Shown here piece by piece: positions 40,360-52,484 of a stretch of 64,000 nucleotides of DNA; position 1 is the stretch's first letter; every line of letters begins with the position of its first letter. The notes beneath the pieces were generated by a model. It worked only from the letters and a program-made list of their open reading frames with translations. It did no database searches and was not told the origin of the DNA. The stretch lies in assembly GCF_009914755.1 (NCBI RefSeq), contig NC_060926.1. The stretch is one strand, 5' to 3'. The translations under genes were made by a program, and so were the position numbers. This stretch comes from the human T2T-CHM13v2.0 reference genome, Homo sapiens.

Positions 40360-40542
40360 CCAGAATGGTTTATACCTGTGATTCACCTAGAGGGCTTGTT
40401 AAAACACAAATGGCTGGGCCCCTCCTTCCAGAGATTCTAACTCAGCAGGTCTAGGGTGTGTCTGGGAATTTTCATTTCTAAAAAGTTTTCCAGGTGATAC
40501 TGAAGCTGCTGCTCTGGACAGCCTACTTTAAGAATCAATAGT
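40360..40542 (+). mobile_element. MER5A DNA transposon
   Basis: tcacctagagggcttgttaaaacacaaatggctgggcccc...ccagagattctaactcagcaggtctagggt...ccaggtgatactgaagctgctg. Confidence 0.88.
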
Positions 40543-41272
40543 TTCAATATTACCCTGTTGTAGCAAAAAAAAAATTGGGGATAATTTTATAATTAGGTGA
40601 CTGAAATGCAGGTTCCCAGGTAGTTTCATGTATTTAATAAATTAATTGTAAGCCTCTATAAGTAGTATTTTCCTAGAATCCCTTTTATCAAATAGGGCTC
40701 ATATGGAAATTTTCTCAATATTCCTTAAAATTTAAGAGGACTGAAAATCTTACTTTTAGAGAACTCTGGCTTGTGACCTCCCCAAGTGATTGAACATTTT
40801 CCTATAGGCCCAGGTCCACTCTATTTCCTACCCAGTCTTCAGCCAGCATATTTTCCAGCCTCAACTAAAGAACAGAGATTAAATCAGAACTGAGAGAATA
40901 AGGCCTGGGTCTTTATATTTTTACATGACCCCCCACCCAGTGGAAATGAAATGCCCGGCTGTCCTAATGTTTTTCCACTGGCTTTTTGCAGTTTAGTATA
41001 AATACCTTGTAACAGTATTATACACAGATTCAAAAGTGCTGCAACTGAAGCAACTTAGATTGCAGTGGAGATGGGATGCTTTGGAAAACTCAGTTTATTT
41101 GAAAAGTGATTCATGTTATGAAGAAGGCACTGCTATCAAAGAATTACATGGGGAATCTGAATAAAATTGTCAAACTTGTGAGTAGGGAATAAAACCAATA
41201 TTTTTAAGTGAACAAATTTTACAGAAAAGGTGATGTAGGTATGCCTGAATAATAATATTATAAATAAATTAG

Positions 41273-41332
41273 ATGTCACAATGAGAGGACAAATTTCTCT
41301 ATGTGATCTTTCCTTTTCTGTTGAACGAACTG
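41273..41332 (+). repeat. 60-bp segment duplicated at 43038-43097 (probable donor copy)
   Basis: 57 of 60 bases identical by direct comparison. Confidence 0.95.
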
Positions 41333-42876
41333 GCCCTTTGACTACCTAGAGTAGCTCTCTCATGAACTACTCAAGCCAGGGCATGAATCTCAAGGCACAG
41401 TTTATATTCCAGTTGGGTTTGAGAAAAAACTAAATCATTATAATTTTTCCTTTCCTTTTTTTGTTTGATATGGAAAATTAAGGGTACAGAGGACAGAAGC
41501 TCCTTGAGAGATTTATTTTTTTTCTCTTCTATTCCCTAACCTTGGAAGTTCCAGGGACCTGGTTTTATTGATAACACTTTAGTGTCATCAGAAAAATCTG
41601 CCATCATTATAAAATTAGTCCATTTAAATTGGCAGAAAGAGATGTCTCACCACCCATTTTATGTATGTATGAAATTACGACTGAGAAAAATCATTGAGAT
41701 AATGCACAAAAAAACAAGGCTCTCTTACAGAGATTTAGTTGTGAATTATTAATACTTTGAATCTGTTGTTTTACAAGCTTCCTTTACCCAACCCCTGAAT
41801 CTTTTAGGGACGTGGGGGTAGGCAGATACTAGTTTTGATCCTACCTTCCACCAAGTGATTCAGCCTGAAATATCTCTTTCAGTGAATGCTTAGAGCTTCC
41901 AGTGAGGAGAAATGAAGACATCCTCCAGAGTATCCCAGCCTAAAATGGAGCACAGGAGCTGTCCTTTAGGAAGTGGTATAGTTTACCAATTCCTTTTACT
42001 CTACAAATTGTATCCATTATGTGGGCATTCCTGATTCTCACTGTGGTCAAAAACACATTTTGAAAAAAAAAAATAACCCAAACTTCAGATTTTTTTTTTT
42101 TTTGCATATAATTCTCTCAAATTCATTTTAAAATAAAAGAAAAGGAAAGGCAACTACTGGGTGAGAGATGAATCCAGTAATCATAAATCTTTCCAAAGGT
42201 GAGTTTTGAAGACTCAAGAGGTTGATACATTTTGGAAGGGATCACAATTGACTTATGGAACACCTTTATGTTTTAACTCCATATGAACACCCATTGAGGA
42301 CAGACCTTCGGGGAAAGTTGGTCCTTGAGGAGTCCTCATTCTGGCTGGTCTCACATAGGGTGAATGTATTAAGGCTCCCTTTAGTTTGCTTGTTCATGGT
42401 TCCATGTCTGTTGTTTGCTATGCAGAACCCTTTGAAGGCTTTGAATAATTCTGAAGAAATTAGATATTCTATAAATTGTTGTTAAGATCTATCTTGAATT
42501 GAGTGTGTGGTTCAAATGCCACCATGAAATAAAAATGGGAAAAATTATTTTCATAGAAGTATGTTTTCTGTAATTCTGGAGACTTGGATAAAGACACTCA
42601 TAAGTAGATGTAAGTGATAGGATTAACTGAAGTCTTCATATTTATGTCATGGTGATGTTTGTGGTAGTATTTCCAAAATGAATAATAGATTTAAGATGTG
42701 TTAAAGCTCAGTAATATCCCATTAATGTTTCATCAAAGTAGTATAATTTTTTCTTCCCCATTCATGGAGCATATTTGCCAGTGGTTTATCTCTGTCAGTT
42801 AGCTTATTAAGCTTCACAGACAGAACCATTGATATTATGTGATATATGTGTATATATGAAGGATATGAATTAACTT

Positions 42877-43483
42877 TATATTAGTCTGGGTTCTCCAGAG
42901 AAACATATGTGTTTCTTCATATATATATATATATGTATAAATATGTTCACTTGTTATAACACGTGTATATATATATGAATAACAACGTGTGTATGTGTCT
43001 GTATGTGTGTATATACATATTATATAAGGACTATGTTATGTCACAATGAGAAGACAAACTTCTCTATGTGATCTTTCCTTTTCTGTTGAATGAACTGTTA
43101 TAATATATAACATATTATATGTTATAAGCAATCAACTCACATGGTTATGAGGGCTGAGAAGCCCCAATATCTACAATAGGCATGCTGGAGACCCAGGAAA
43201 GGTGATGGTAGAGTTCCAGTCTTGAATCTCAGCTTGAAGGCGGGAGGAGAGCATGATCAATATCTCAGCTTGAAGATAGGCAGAGAGAGCAAATTCTCCC
43301 CTACTCTGCCTTTTGTTCTATTTAAACCTTCAACAGGTTAGATGAAGCCTACCCCTATTAGGGAAACGCAACCTGTTTTACTCAGTCTACTGATTCAAAT
43401 GTTAATCATACCCAGAAACACCCTCACAGACATGCCCAAAATAATGTTTAACCAAATATCTGGACACCTTGTGGCCCGGTCAG
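42877..43483 (-). mobile_element. MLT2B-type (HERVL) solo LTR with internal TA/TG low-complexity tract
   Basis: tattagtctgggttctccagagaaaca...ggctgagaag...tactcagtctactgattcaaatgttaatc...cagaaacaccctcacagaca. Confidence 0.9.
43038..43097 (+). repeat. Inserted copy of 41273-41332
   Basis: Interrupts the MLT2 TA-rich tract. Confidence 0.92.
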
Positions 43484-45221
43484 GGTTAGCCCTTTTCTCC
43501 TTATTTTCTTTTCTTTTCTTTTTTTTTTTAATAACTTAAATGTGTGTCTTTATTGGTACACGAGCACTGTTTTAACCCAACTAAAATCTGAAGTGAAATG
43601 ACATTCTTCTGGCTTTTGTCTGAACTTTGTACGTTTTGATTTTTTTGCCTAATGATCATATACTTTCTAAGTTTTAAAATACAGAAATACTCTTGTGTGT
43701 ATTTTGCATTAAATGACAAAGATCTTTTACATAGGTCATACTCTAAGCCTGAGAGTTGACCATTAGTTACTAAGCAATAATATTTACACCATATATCTTT
43801 TATTTATAATACATAAATGTTTTATATTGTGTGGAGCTGTGTGTATAGCTGTTTCCTGGTTTATCTCTATGATTAAATTTTCTGCATGGAATTGTAGAGT
43901 ATGGAGTATGGCACAACTCACATGAGTAGAAACAGTTATCTAAGTCATGAATCCTATCCCACCTCAACCCACTTATTGTAATATTTCTCTTCAAGAAACT
44001 CCTTATATATCATTAAATAATTAAAGAGAAGAATTGATTTATTTTGCTTTCCTTTATCTATAATGACCTTAAAAGAGGAAGGCGAGAAGGGAAACAGAAT
44101 GTTGATGCTGTTAATAACTATATGTAATGTTTTACCATGGTTTGCTGGAGTAAGAGAACAAGCAAGCTCAATTTTCTTCTTCCTTAGCAGGCCCCTTGGG
44201 GTGGGGATAGCACTCCAGATTGGTCCTATAAAGGATCCTCTTGTTCTCAGCAGGTGCCAGACTGTTCTGGCATGTTGCCCATGTCCATATATATGGATAC
44301 GTGTGTGTGTGTGTGCATGTGTCATATATAAATCATATGTCTCCATAGAGAAACCAAAGATCAGGTAAGCCTTGGAAGGGAAGTCAGATCACACCACCCT
44401 ATCTTGAAAGGTAAACATTCTTTCTTTCAGAGAGCACATAATTACACACATCCTACCTGTCTCATATTATTCTAGTATTAAGAATCTCTCTAGTATTCAA
44501 AACCATTATGTATTCTGAGTTATTATATGTTATAAAATTTAAAAATAATTAACAGTGTATAATTAGGTTACAGTATGACTGAATATTGATAACATGTTTC
44601 ATACCTTGTGTATTTTCACTTGGTTCCAAAGATTGTAAAATTGTTTTAAACATTTTTTTTCCTACTCAGAATTTTACAAAATCACCATGTTTGGAGAAAT
44701 GTTATTTTTCTTTGATTTGGCCTTGTGCAAAAATGAGCTGTTATTCATGACAAAGGGTATCCAAAATTCTACCTCCTCTCTGAAATGTTATTGGATTTCA
44801 CTTGTTCATTCACTTGTTCATTTGGCAAGTATTTATGAAGTATTCTAGCATGTACTCTGTCTGTTCTCGGTGAAGAGCTTGGACTTCTGCTTCCTTCTTC
44901 TTCCCTTGGTGTGTATTATCATCCTTGCCCCTTTTATCAGCAGAAGCACTGGAAAAAAGCAAACAGACAAACAAAGAAAAGCTCAACATTCCATTTGTTG
45001 ATTTTTATACCATTACCCTACAAAGCAATGTCGCTGTCTGCTTCTACCCCAAATTATGGTTCTTAAATTGCTCCTTTGGGTGTCTCCCACACTATTAACA
45101 TATGCCGCTCAAAGCTCATGGATGGGGTCCATTTAAAGCCTTAGGTTACCAGTTTGCACTGCTTTTTAATGCCTGTCTCTCTGGAAAGTGGACCCAGAAG
45201 CCCCTAATGATGAAAACCTTC

Positions 45222-45689
45222 TGTATTTATTTACTAGGGCTGCCCTAATAAAGTACCACAAACTGGGTGGGTTAAAACAATAGAAATGTATTGTCTCACA
45301 GTCCAGAGGCTAGAAGTCTGAGATCAAGGTGTTGGCAGGGTTGGGTTCTTCTGAGGACTATGAGAGATAATCTGTTCCAAGCCTTCCCCCAAGCTTCTGG
45401 TGGTTTGTTGGCAAGCATTGTCATTTTGTGGCTTGTGGACACATCATCCCCATCTCTGTCTTCAGGTTCGCATGGCATTCTTCCTGTGTGTATATCTTTC
45501 TCCAAATTTCACCCGTTTATAAGGACCCCAGTCATATTGGATTCGGGGCTCACGTTACTCCAGTATGACTTTATCTTAATAAATTACTTCTGCAACTACA
45601 TTATTTCTAAATAAAGTAAAATTCTGAGATTCTAAGAGTTAGGACTTCAACGTATAACTTTTGGGAGTGGCACAACTCAACTCATGATA
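45222..45689 (-). mobile_element. MLT1C MaLR solo LTR
   Basis: tagggctgcc...aaagtaccacaaactgggtgg...agaagtctgagatcaaggtgttggcagggttg...ttaggacttcaac. Confidence 0.9.
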
Positions 45690-46529
45690 CCACATTATCT
45701 ACTAGGAATTACAGAAAATGGAGGAGGGAAGTGATTGAGAAGATGACATCTGTGTTTGCTATTTATCATCTCTTCCCAATCATCTTCTATAACCAACTGG
45801 GTCTTGTCAGGAATAAAGTTTCTTCACAATTTTGAAGAGAGGCACAAGAATATACTCCATTAGGAGGGAAGGTGATTTGAGATTATATTTTGTTTGAAGG
45901 GAGATAGTGCTGCTTGGGAAAGATTGTAATGTTACTATATGTGTGTCACTTTTATAATTTATGTTTTAATGACTGAAATTTCTGTCATAAAATTTTTATT
46001 GTTTTGATTGCTCAAGTGGTTACATATAGAAGCTTCCAGAAATTTGGTAGTAGTCCTCAAATTCCATGCTTACAGGGTCATTATTTTTGCCTAATGCATG
46101 TGATCCTAGAAGCTGCAGGATGGGGAGGAATATTTAGAAACTCAAGGTCACCTCTGCCTTAGTGGCCTTTTGGAATTACTATTTGGAATTGGAGCTGTTT
46201 GGAATTACTTATTGAGACAACAAAAACAATTACAAATGATTACTTTTTGTTTTTCTTAACATTATATGAAAACTGAATTATATTGTGCGTTACTATCCAA
46301 TTAAGTTTAGATATTTATTTTCTTTGAGTTCCTTGTGGATTCTACACTCTAAAATAAGCAGTAATTAAATAAAAAATTACCTTTATTTTATTCATATAGG
46401 CACTTGTATCCCCATTGACTCCACTATCAGCTGAACATATAATACCAGCTGATTTTTAAGAGCCTCTAAGAAGTGGAAATAATTTTACACGACTTTTAAA
46501 AGTTTGGACTTATATGGATCACCACTGAC

Positions 46530-46602
46530 TGTGTGTACATGTGTGGTGTCTGTGTGTGTGTGAGAGAGAGAGACAGAGAGAGATAGGGAGAGAGAGAAAG
46601 AG
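46530..46602. repeat. Compound (GT)n(GA)n microsatellite
   Basis: Read directly. Confidence 0.9.
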
Positions 46603-47539
46603 AATAATTTTACATGGCTCTTCTTTGAGACATACTAACATCGTAAAGGAGGATGCTTCTGTATAGATTCTTTGGCACACATTTTAAGTTCAGTGGATTT
46701 GGGAATCCTGGATTACCTGTGTCCACCCACGACTATACAATGTCTAGTTGTGCCAGTCTTTACCCTCATCATGATCTTCCCATAAAAAGAAAAAGAAATA
46801 CACTGCACTCACACGAATGAAGTTACAGTATGGGGAATTGTTTCTTGCTTTTCTGTAAACCAATGGTTGAAAATCTGTCTGACTGGAAACATTTCAATGG
46901 AAAACCAGACTGGGTTTTTGGAAACAAGTCCGCACGCAGTACCTGATGCTTGGTGGGTAAAATAGTGTGTTAGGTGAGTGTGTTAGAAGGTGTGTATGTT
47001 TCTGTAAGCAGTTGGACAGTTCTTTCAAAATCTTCCAGACAGATTGGCTTCACTATGTTTTTACAGTTCGAACGATTTTTTTCAAGATAAGACGGTACCA
47101 CAGTCTAATACCTTTTTGGCAGTCAGTTATACATGTCTTTTCAAGGGCTTTGGAATCTGTTATTGTGTACCTTAAGTTGGATTAACATGGAGTGCAAGAA
47201 TTAGGAGAACTAGGGAATACATTTTCCAATATTTCAAAAGGTCTTCTGGAAGCCTAAGAAGGCTAAGAAAATAGTCTTGTTAAACTTGTCCCTTCTGACC
47301 CAAAACTCCCTATCCCTTCCCAGGTAAGATAAACAATAGATTCTGAACTAAGCCTGAGATTTCCCATTATATTTTCAGCTTTTAAGATTTGCATAGTAAA
47401 ATCTCTGATTCGAACAGTGGAAATACACTCTTGATATCTTTATTTCTTTGTTTGTTTGCTGGATTTATATAGCACTTCTGACCCAAGGTCCAGGGCACTT
47501 TCTTAGGTCAGCTCCGTCCTCACCTTTTTAAAATTGATC

Positions 47540-47760
47540 ACTAGAGATGTAATCTGTGAATCACCCCGGTGACTTCCCGTAAGCTACCACTGGCAGCACG
47601 CACTGGCTGCTCGTGTCAGAACCACAGAAAACTACAGCGTGTCAGATCCATGCAACGCCAGCTCTCCGCAGAGAAAGACATTCGTCAATGTCTTATTGCA
47701 ACTGATGCCCACTTTGGGAATTCTGTTGTTGTAAAACTGTGGCCACGAGACTAATAAAAA
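47540..47760. promoter_or_regulatory. CpG-retaining enhancer-like block
   Basis: 9 CpGs in 47567-47747, far denser than the rest of the window; AACCACA (RUNX), two CGTGTCAGA and ATTGCAAC. Confidence 0.4.
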
Positions 47761-49146
47761 AAATCTGCACATATACAAAAAAGTGCAATTGGTTGTTATT
47801 TTTGTTCCTTTTATTTCCATCAAACCATAATATCTTAACAGAATATGTGCATTGTGTTACCTCTCAAATGCTAGTGCTAAAAGCCACACAAATCTTCAAG
47901 GAGAAAGCTGATCCAGCTGAAAGCAAGTGAGAAGAGACAAATCAAGGGTCTGGGAAGAGGAGCACAATGGCAAAGCGAGTGCAGGTCTCCTTTTCGGTTC
48001 AAAGCTACTTTTCTGATGATGAGGCTTTTCTCCGAAGCCCCTCAGTTTAAAAAAGGGAGGATGATGGAAAATGCCTTAGTTAATTGTCAGCTCACACCTT
48101 TCTTTAATGAGTTTCCTAGAAGTTTATGGTTAAGTTACCCTGGCGACTCAGGTGGGGTTTCCTTCAACTCCAGCTGAGACTGTCAGAATAGGAAAATGGG
48201 GGTCCATTTTCTGATTAATGAAAATAATAATTATGTACAGATGAAAGCAAAGAGAGAAAGCAAAGAGCTTCCATGTTACTTTAAACAAAGAAGAGTTAAG
48301 GCCTTATCTTAACTATGCATTGGCACCGCAATGCGAAATGGTCATGCAAAATTAATTTTTAATGTGTTCAATTTATATTAAAAATTTCTGCAAGTGTGTG
48401 AATTTTTTTTCCAAGGCTGGAGTGCTACTTCATTTACAATATTCCCTGAAGGTGTTTTTTTTTAAAGAGACTCTTAAACTGAAGCCATTTTAAGGGTTTT
48501 ATGAGACATTATGTGAGCTTTCATATGCAAGTTAGTCGTTAAGTACCAGATATTATATTCTGTAATATGCTTAAGTGATATTAGAGGCTGTATATAGCCT
48601 GCAGTAATGGCTATTGCTGCTTTTTTAATTTATCAGGAAAATGTTGCTTAAATAAGGAGCAAATCAATGCTGGGTTGTACAAAATATAAATGTAAGGAAG
48701 TAACAGTATTTTTTATAAACTTGCTTCTTCTAGCTTCACTGGAAGGGAAAATACAGCTTAAATTTATGAACTGTATTGACAGAAATTGTAAGAAAGATAA
48801 ATAAAATGTAAAATAAAATGGTATTTCCAATTCGAGAACTGCTAAGACTACCCAGAATGACATTGAACAATGGATACTCATTGTTTCACAGTGCATCTTG
48901 GAGAGTATAAAGATGAATTTTATGCCCTTGATAATTATTTTTTTGTATGCTTTCTGGCATTTAGACAAAGTAAAATCTCTTACTTGGACTTAAACCAGTT
49001 AAGGCTTTGACTATTCTGCCTACAAAGAGAAATATTTGTACTAAGCTAGATTCATTGGTCAAGCTTTGAAAAACATGAATAAAGCCCCCACCTGGTGAAT
49101 GAAATTGACTTAAAAACGTAAAGAGAGATTCTTTTTCTTCTTCCTC

Positions 49147-49380
49147 TTTTTTTAAAATTTCCAACTTTTATTTTAAGTTCAGGGGCACATGTGTATGATG
49201 TGCAGGTTTGTTAAATAGGTACACGTGTGCCATGGTGGTTTGCTGCACAGATCATCCCATCACCTAGATATTGAGCCCTGCATCCATTAGCTGTTTTTCC
49301 TGATGCTCTCTCCCCTCCCACACCCCCCGACAGGCCCCAGTGTGTGTGTTTTCCCCCCACTCTGGCCATGTGTTCTTCTT
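49147..49380 (-). mobile_element. 5'-truncated L1PA (approximately PA8-PA10) 3' end
   Basis: caacttttattttaagttcagggg...gtgcaggtttgtt...gtgtgccatggtggtttgctgcacagatcatccc...acaggccccagtgtgtg. Confidence 0.92.
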
Positions 49381-49873
49381 GTGAAATGATCCTCCCAGCC
49401 TGCAACCCAACCATCACCACCACTAACTATTTCATAATGTGAATAATTGTGCAGTGCTCAGTTTTTTTTTAACATGGTTTCCAATTAAAGTTTGGCAAGA
49501 AATAAGACATGACTAGTTATTGATAAGTTATATATTGTATTCAGGGGATTGTCATTATTAACATAGGTGTCGGGCCTAAAACTAATCCATTTCTCATTTT
49601 AAAAAATTATCTTAAAGTAATAAATAACACTAAGCAAAATGAATTTGACAGTATGAAATTTATTTATTTCTTACTTACATTTTCATGTTAAAAGCAAATG
49701 ATTCTTTAGCTGCAATTATGACTTAAATTTAGATTTGAGATATAAATTACTCCATAAAAATATTGGCTGATTTTGGCTTCCCATTCTGAAAAATACGATG
49801 TAAGAAATCCATCCATGTTTTGTTTATTAGTGATTACAAGGATCTGGGATCTGTAATCAAGTTTCAAACTTTA

Positions 49874-49952
49874 GGCTGGGTACAGAGGCTCATGCCTGTA
49901 ATCCCAGCACTTTGGGGATACTAAGGCAGGAGGGTCTCTATAAATAAAAAAA
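49874..49952 (+). mobile_element. Internally deleted Alu monomer (FLAM-like) with TSD
   Basis: ggctggg...gctcatgcctgtaatcccagcactttggg...aggcaggagg|gtctcta followed by an A tail; tcaaacttta on both sides. Confidence 0.8.
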
Positions 49953-50057
49953 GTCAAACTTTAAAATAAACAAACAATTAACTTTCTCAGTGGAAGAGTA
50001 GAAAGAGTTGCAATCCATTATTTGGTAGCCATCTTTTCTCCACTATGGGCATCATCA

Positions 50058-50173
50058 ACATACACACATATATATCTACATATGTGTGCATACATATACA
50101 CGCACACATAAATGCACATATATAGGTACATATGTATGCACATGTGTATACACACATATGTATGCACATATAT
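50058..50173. repeat. Degenerate (CA/TA/TG)n low-complexity tract
   Basis: Read directly. Confidence 0.9.
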
Positions 50174-50683
50174 AATTGTTTTTCTTGGGGGTTTAAGGGG
50201 AGACTTCTTAAACAGCATCTTAAATATCAACAACGGCTTGTGGGAGGTTCACACGTTAAAATCACATTTACTCAGAAGACAAAAAAAGAAAGTTTAATTG
50301 GATTTTTCTTGACACTGTGTTTTGTGAGACAAATCACAAGAAAATAAGCCAATATACAAAGCAACTTTCAGAGTATATTATAGGCTCAATACATGTTTAG
50401 AACCTCCATATCTAAAATGAGTTAATAATTGTTTATTGATTAATTTTTATGTTTATTCCACAAACATTTACCAAGCTCAAAGTATATTTCTGACATAATG
50501 TTCTCAGATTCTGTGAGCTCCTAAACTGCCTTCAAAATCACCAACAAAAGAGTAAATTATGTTCACTACCATTTTAATGGCCAATATATTTTTGGTTTCC
50601 TAATTCTTAAAGGATGATCATAAAAATCTTTCACGTAATAGAGATAACTATCAGATAACCAAAGTGCTTGTTTATATTAGACC

Positions 50684-50983
50684 ACTCTATCAACAACACT
50701 TTTCGGAGTTTTTGCTGTTATTTTCAATCTTGGAAAGAATTCCACTCTAGGAACTATCCTTATTATCATTACTATTTTTTTATGTCAACACTAGCAGACA
50801 GAGTTTTCTATACGCAACCCCCAAACTGTAGGAACTCTATGAACAACACTTTTCTGAGTTTTCTGCTGTTATTTTCAATCTTGGAAAGAATTCTGCTCTA
50901 GGAACTATCCTTATTATCATTACTATTTTTTTTGTGTCAACACTAGCAGACAGTTTTCTATATGCAACCCCCAAACTGTAGGA
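50684..50983. repeat. 150-bp tandem duplication (2 copies)
   Basis: 50684-50833 and 50834-50983 both read actctat.aacaacactttt...caacccccaaactgtagga, with only a few substitutions and indels. Confidence 0.95.
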
Positions 50984-51090
50984 TCTTTCTATGTATTCAC
51001 AAGTTTCTGGTCCCCCTGGGTCCCAGGAATCCAAAGCTGCATATGTAAGATGAAGACAATACTCCAACCTAGAATCCTGCCTTCCTAAGG

Positions 51091-51295
51091 CCAGCTGCAG
51101 ATCCCTCTCTCTCCTTCATTCTCTATTCTGCATTATGATTAAATACATTTAAAATCAAAATCATCTTTTCCACTTGCCTCCCTCTCCCAGCTGCTGATTC
51201 CCACCCGATCCTTCTTTTGGAGTCAGATTTAATACGAATATTTAAAATCAAAATCATCTTCTGTTTCTTTGCCCTAGCTGAGCAGCTGCAGATTT
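51091..51295. repeat. Degenerate ~95-bp tandem repeat (2+ units)
   Basis: cagctgc(a/t)gat at ~51092, 51188 and 51283; atttaaaatcaaaatcatctt at 51147 and 51240. Confidence 0.7.
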
Positions 51296-52484
51296 CTACT
51301 CCCAGTACTGTTCTCAGCCTGTAGCTCACCAAACATTTCTCAGAAAAAGAATATGACATTTTATTTCTTCCAAAACTGCTAGTATTTTCATGGCCCTCCT
51401 TTTGACCTATTTTCTTTTATAAGGATCATGAACATGACCATGCCAGAAGTTAAGTGTGTCAAATAGTGGTATGTATGTTGGGGGTTAAGATTGCTTTAAA
51501 TTAATTAACATTGGTATAAAATTGCATGTCGGGTCGGCTGTACCATTTATTCCTATAGAACATATTCAAACAAATACGTACTTATTGTATTTTTTTTGTT
51601 AATACAGGAAAAGAAAACTGAATAGAACTCAGCTCTACCAGATTTTAAAATAAACATTCAGAAGAAATAAGGAGAAATAAGCAAATAAAGTTTTTTTGGC
51701 AGAGAGTTTATTTATTTAGCAACAGCGATACAGTTGCTTACACTTTCTACAAATGTTTTATCTCTTTTTTCCGTAGCACCTGTCCCTGAGTGAATAGGCC
51801 CACATCTGTCTCATCTTGGCATAACAAGTACACATCTACATCTGTGAATGATGATTCCATTTTTGAAGGAAACTGTACACTTTTGCACTCCTGCAGTCTG
51901 GTGAAAAAAAATGCACAATGGGTTTTGTGTCTTGCAGGAAGGCTTCTAAATAGTAAATAGAAAGTTTGGAACTAGTACAAAAATATTGAATTTGCAATTT
52001 TGGAAAACTATGAATTTTATCTCTATCTGTGTATGCATATTGTACATGTAAATGTATATATTTTTATTAACACAAATTATCAGATAAAAGATTTAAGTGA
52101 ATCCTTAATAGAAGGTATCATTTAGAAAAGAAAATGCTGTAGCGAATATTGTTTTACAAACTCATATGATACTAGTAATTTGCATATTTTTCAGAAATAT
52201 TTCCTAAAGGAACAAGATTAATTTTAGGTAAGGAAGAATTTGGGACCTAATTGATAGCAATTAGAGTTACTGATTGTGATAATTTAGGGCATTTTGTATT
52301 TTGCACACATGGATTTTAATGCCAATAACCAGTGTCTATTGCAGAATCCTCTAATTAATGTACAGCATGAGGGGAGGTGGTGGATCTTGGAAGCCATAAC
52401 TTGGGATCCAAGGCAGAAGATACAGTCCTGAAAATACAAACATTTTTCTTTCCTCCAAACTTATACTAGCTGCGGTGGTCTCTA

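Noticed and set aside
51091-51295. Repeat-spacer pattern as a CRISPR-like array
   Set aside because: The DNA is eukaryotic, there are only 2-3 degenerate units and there are no cas genes.
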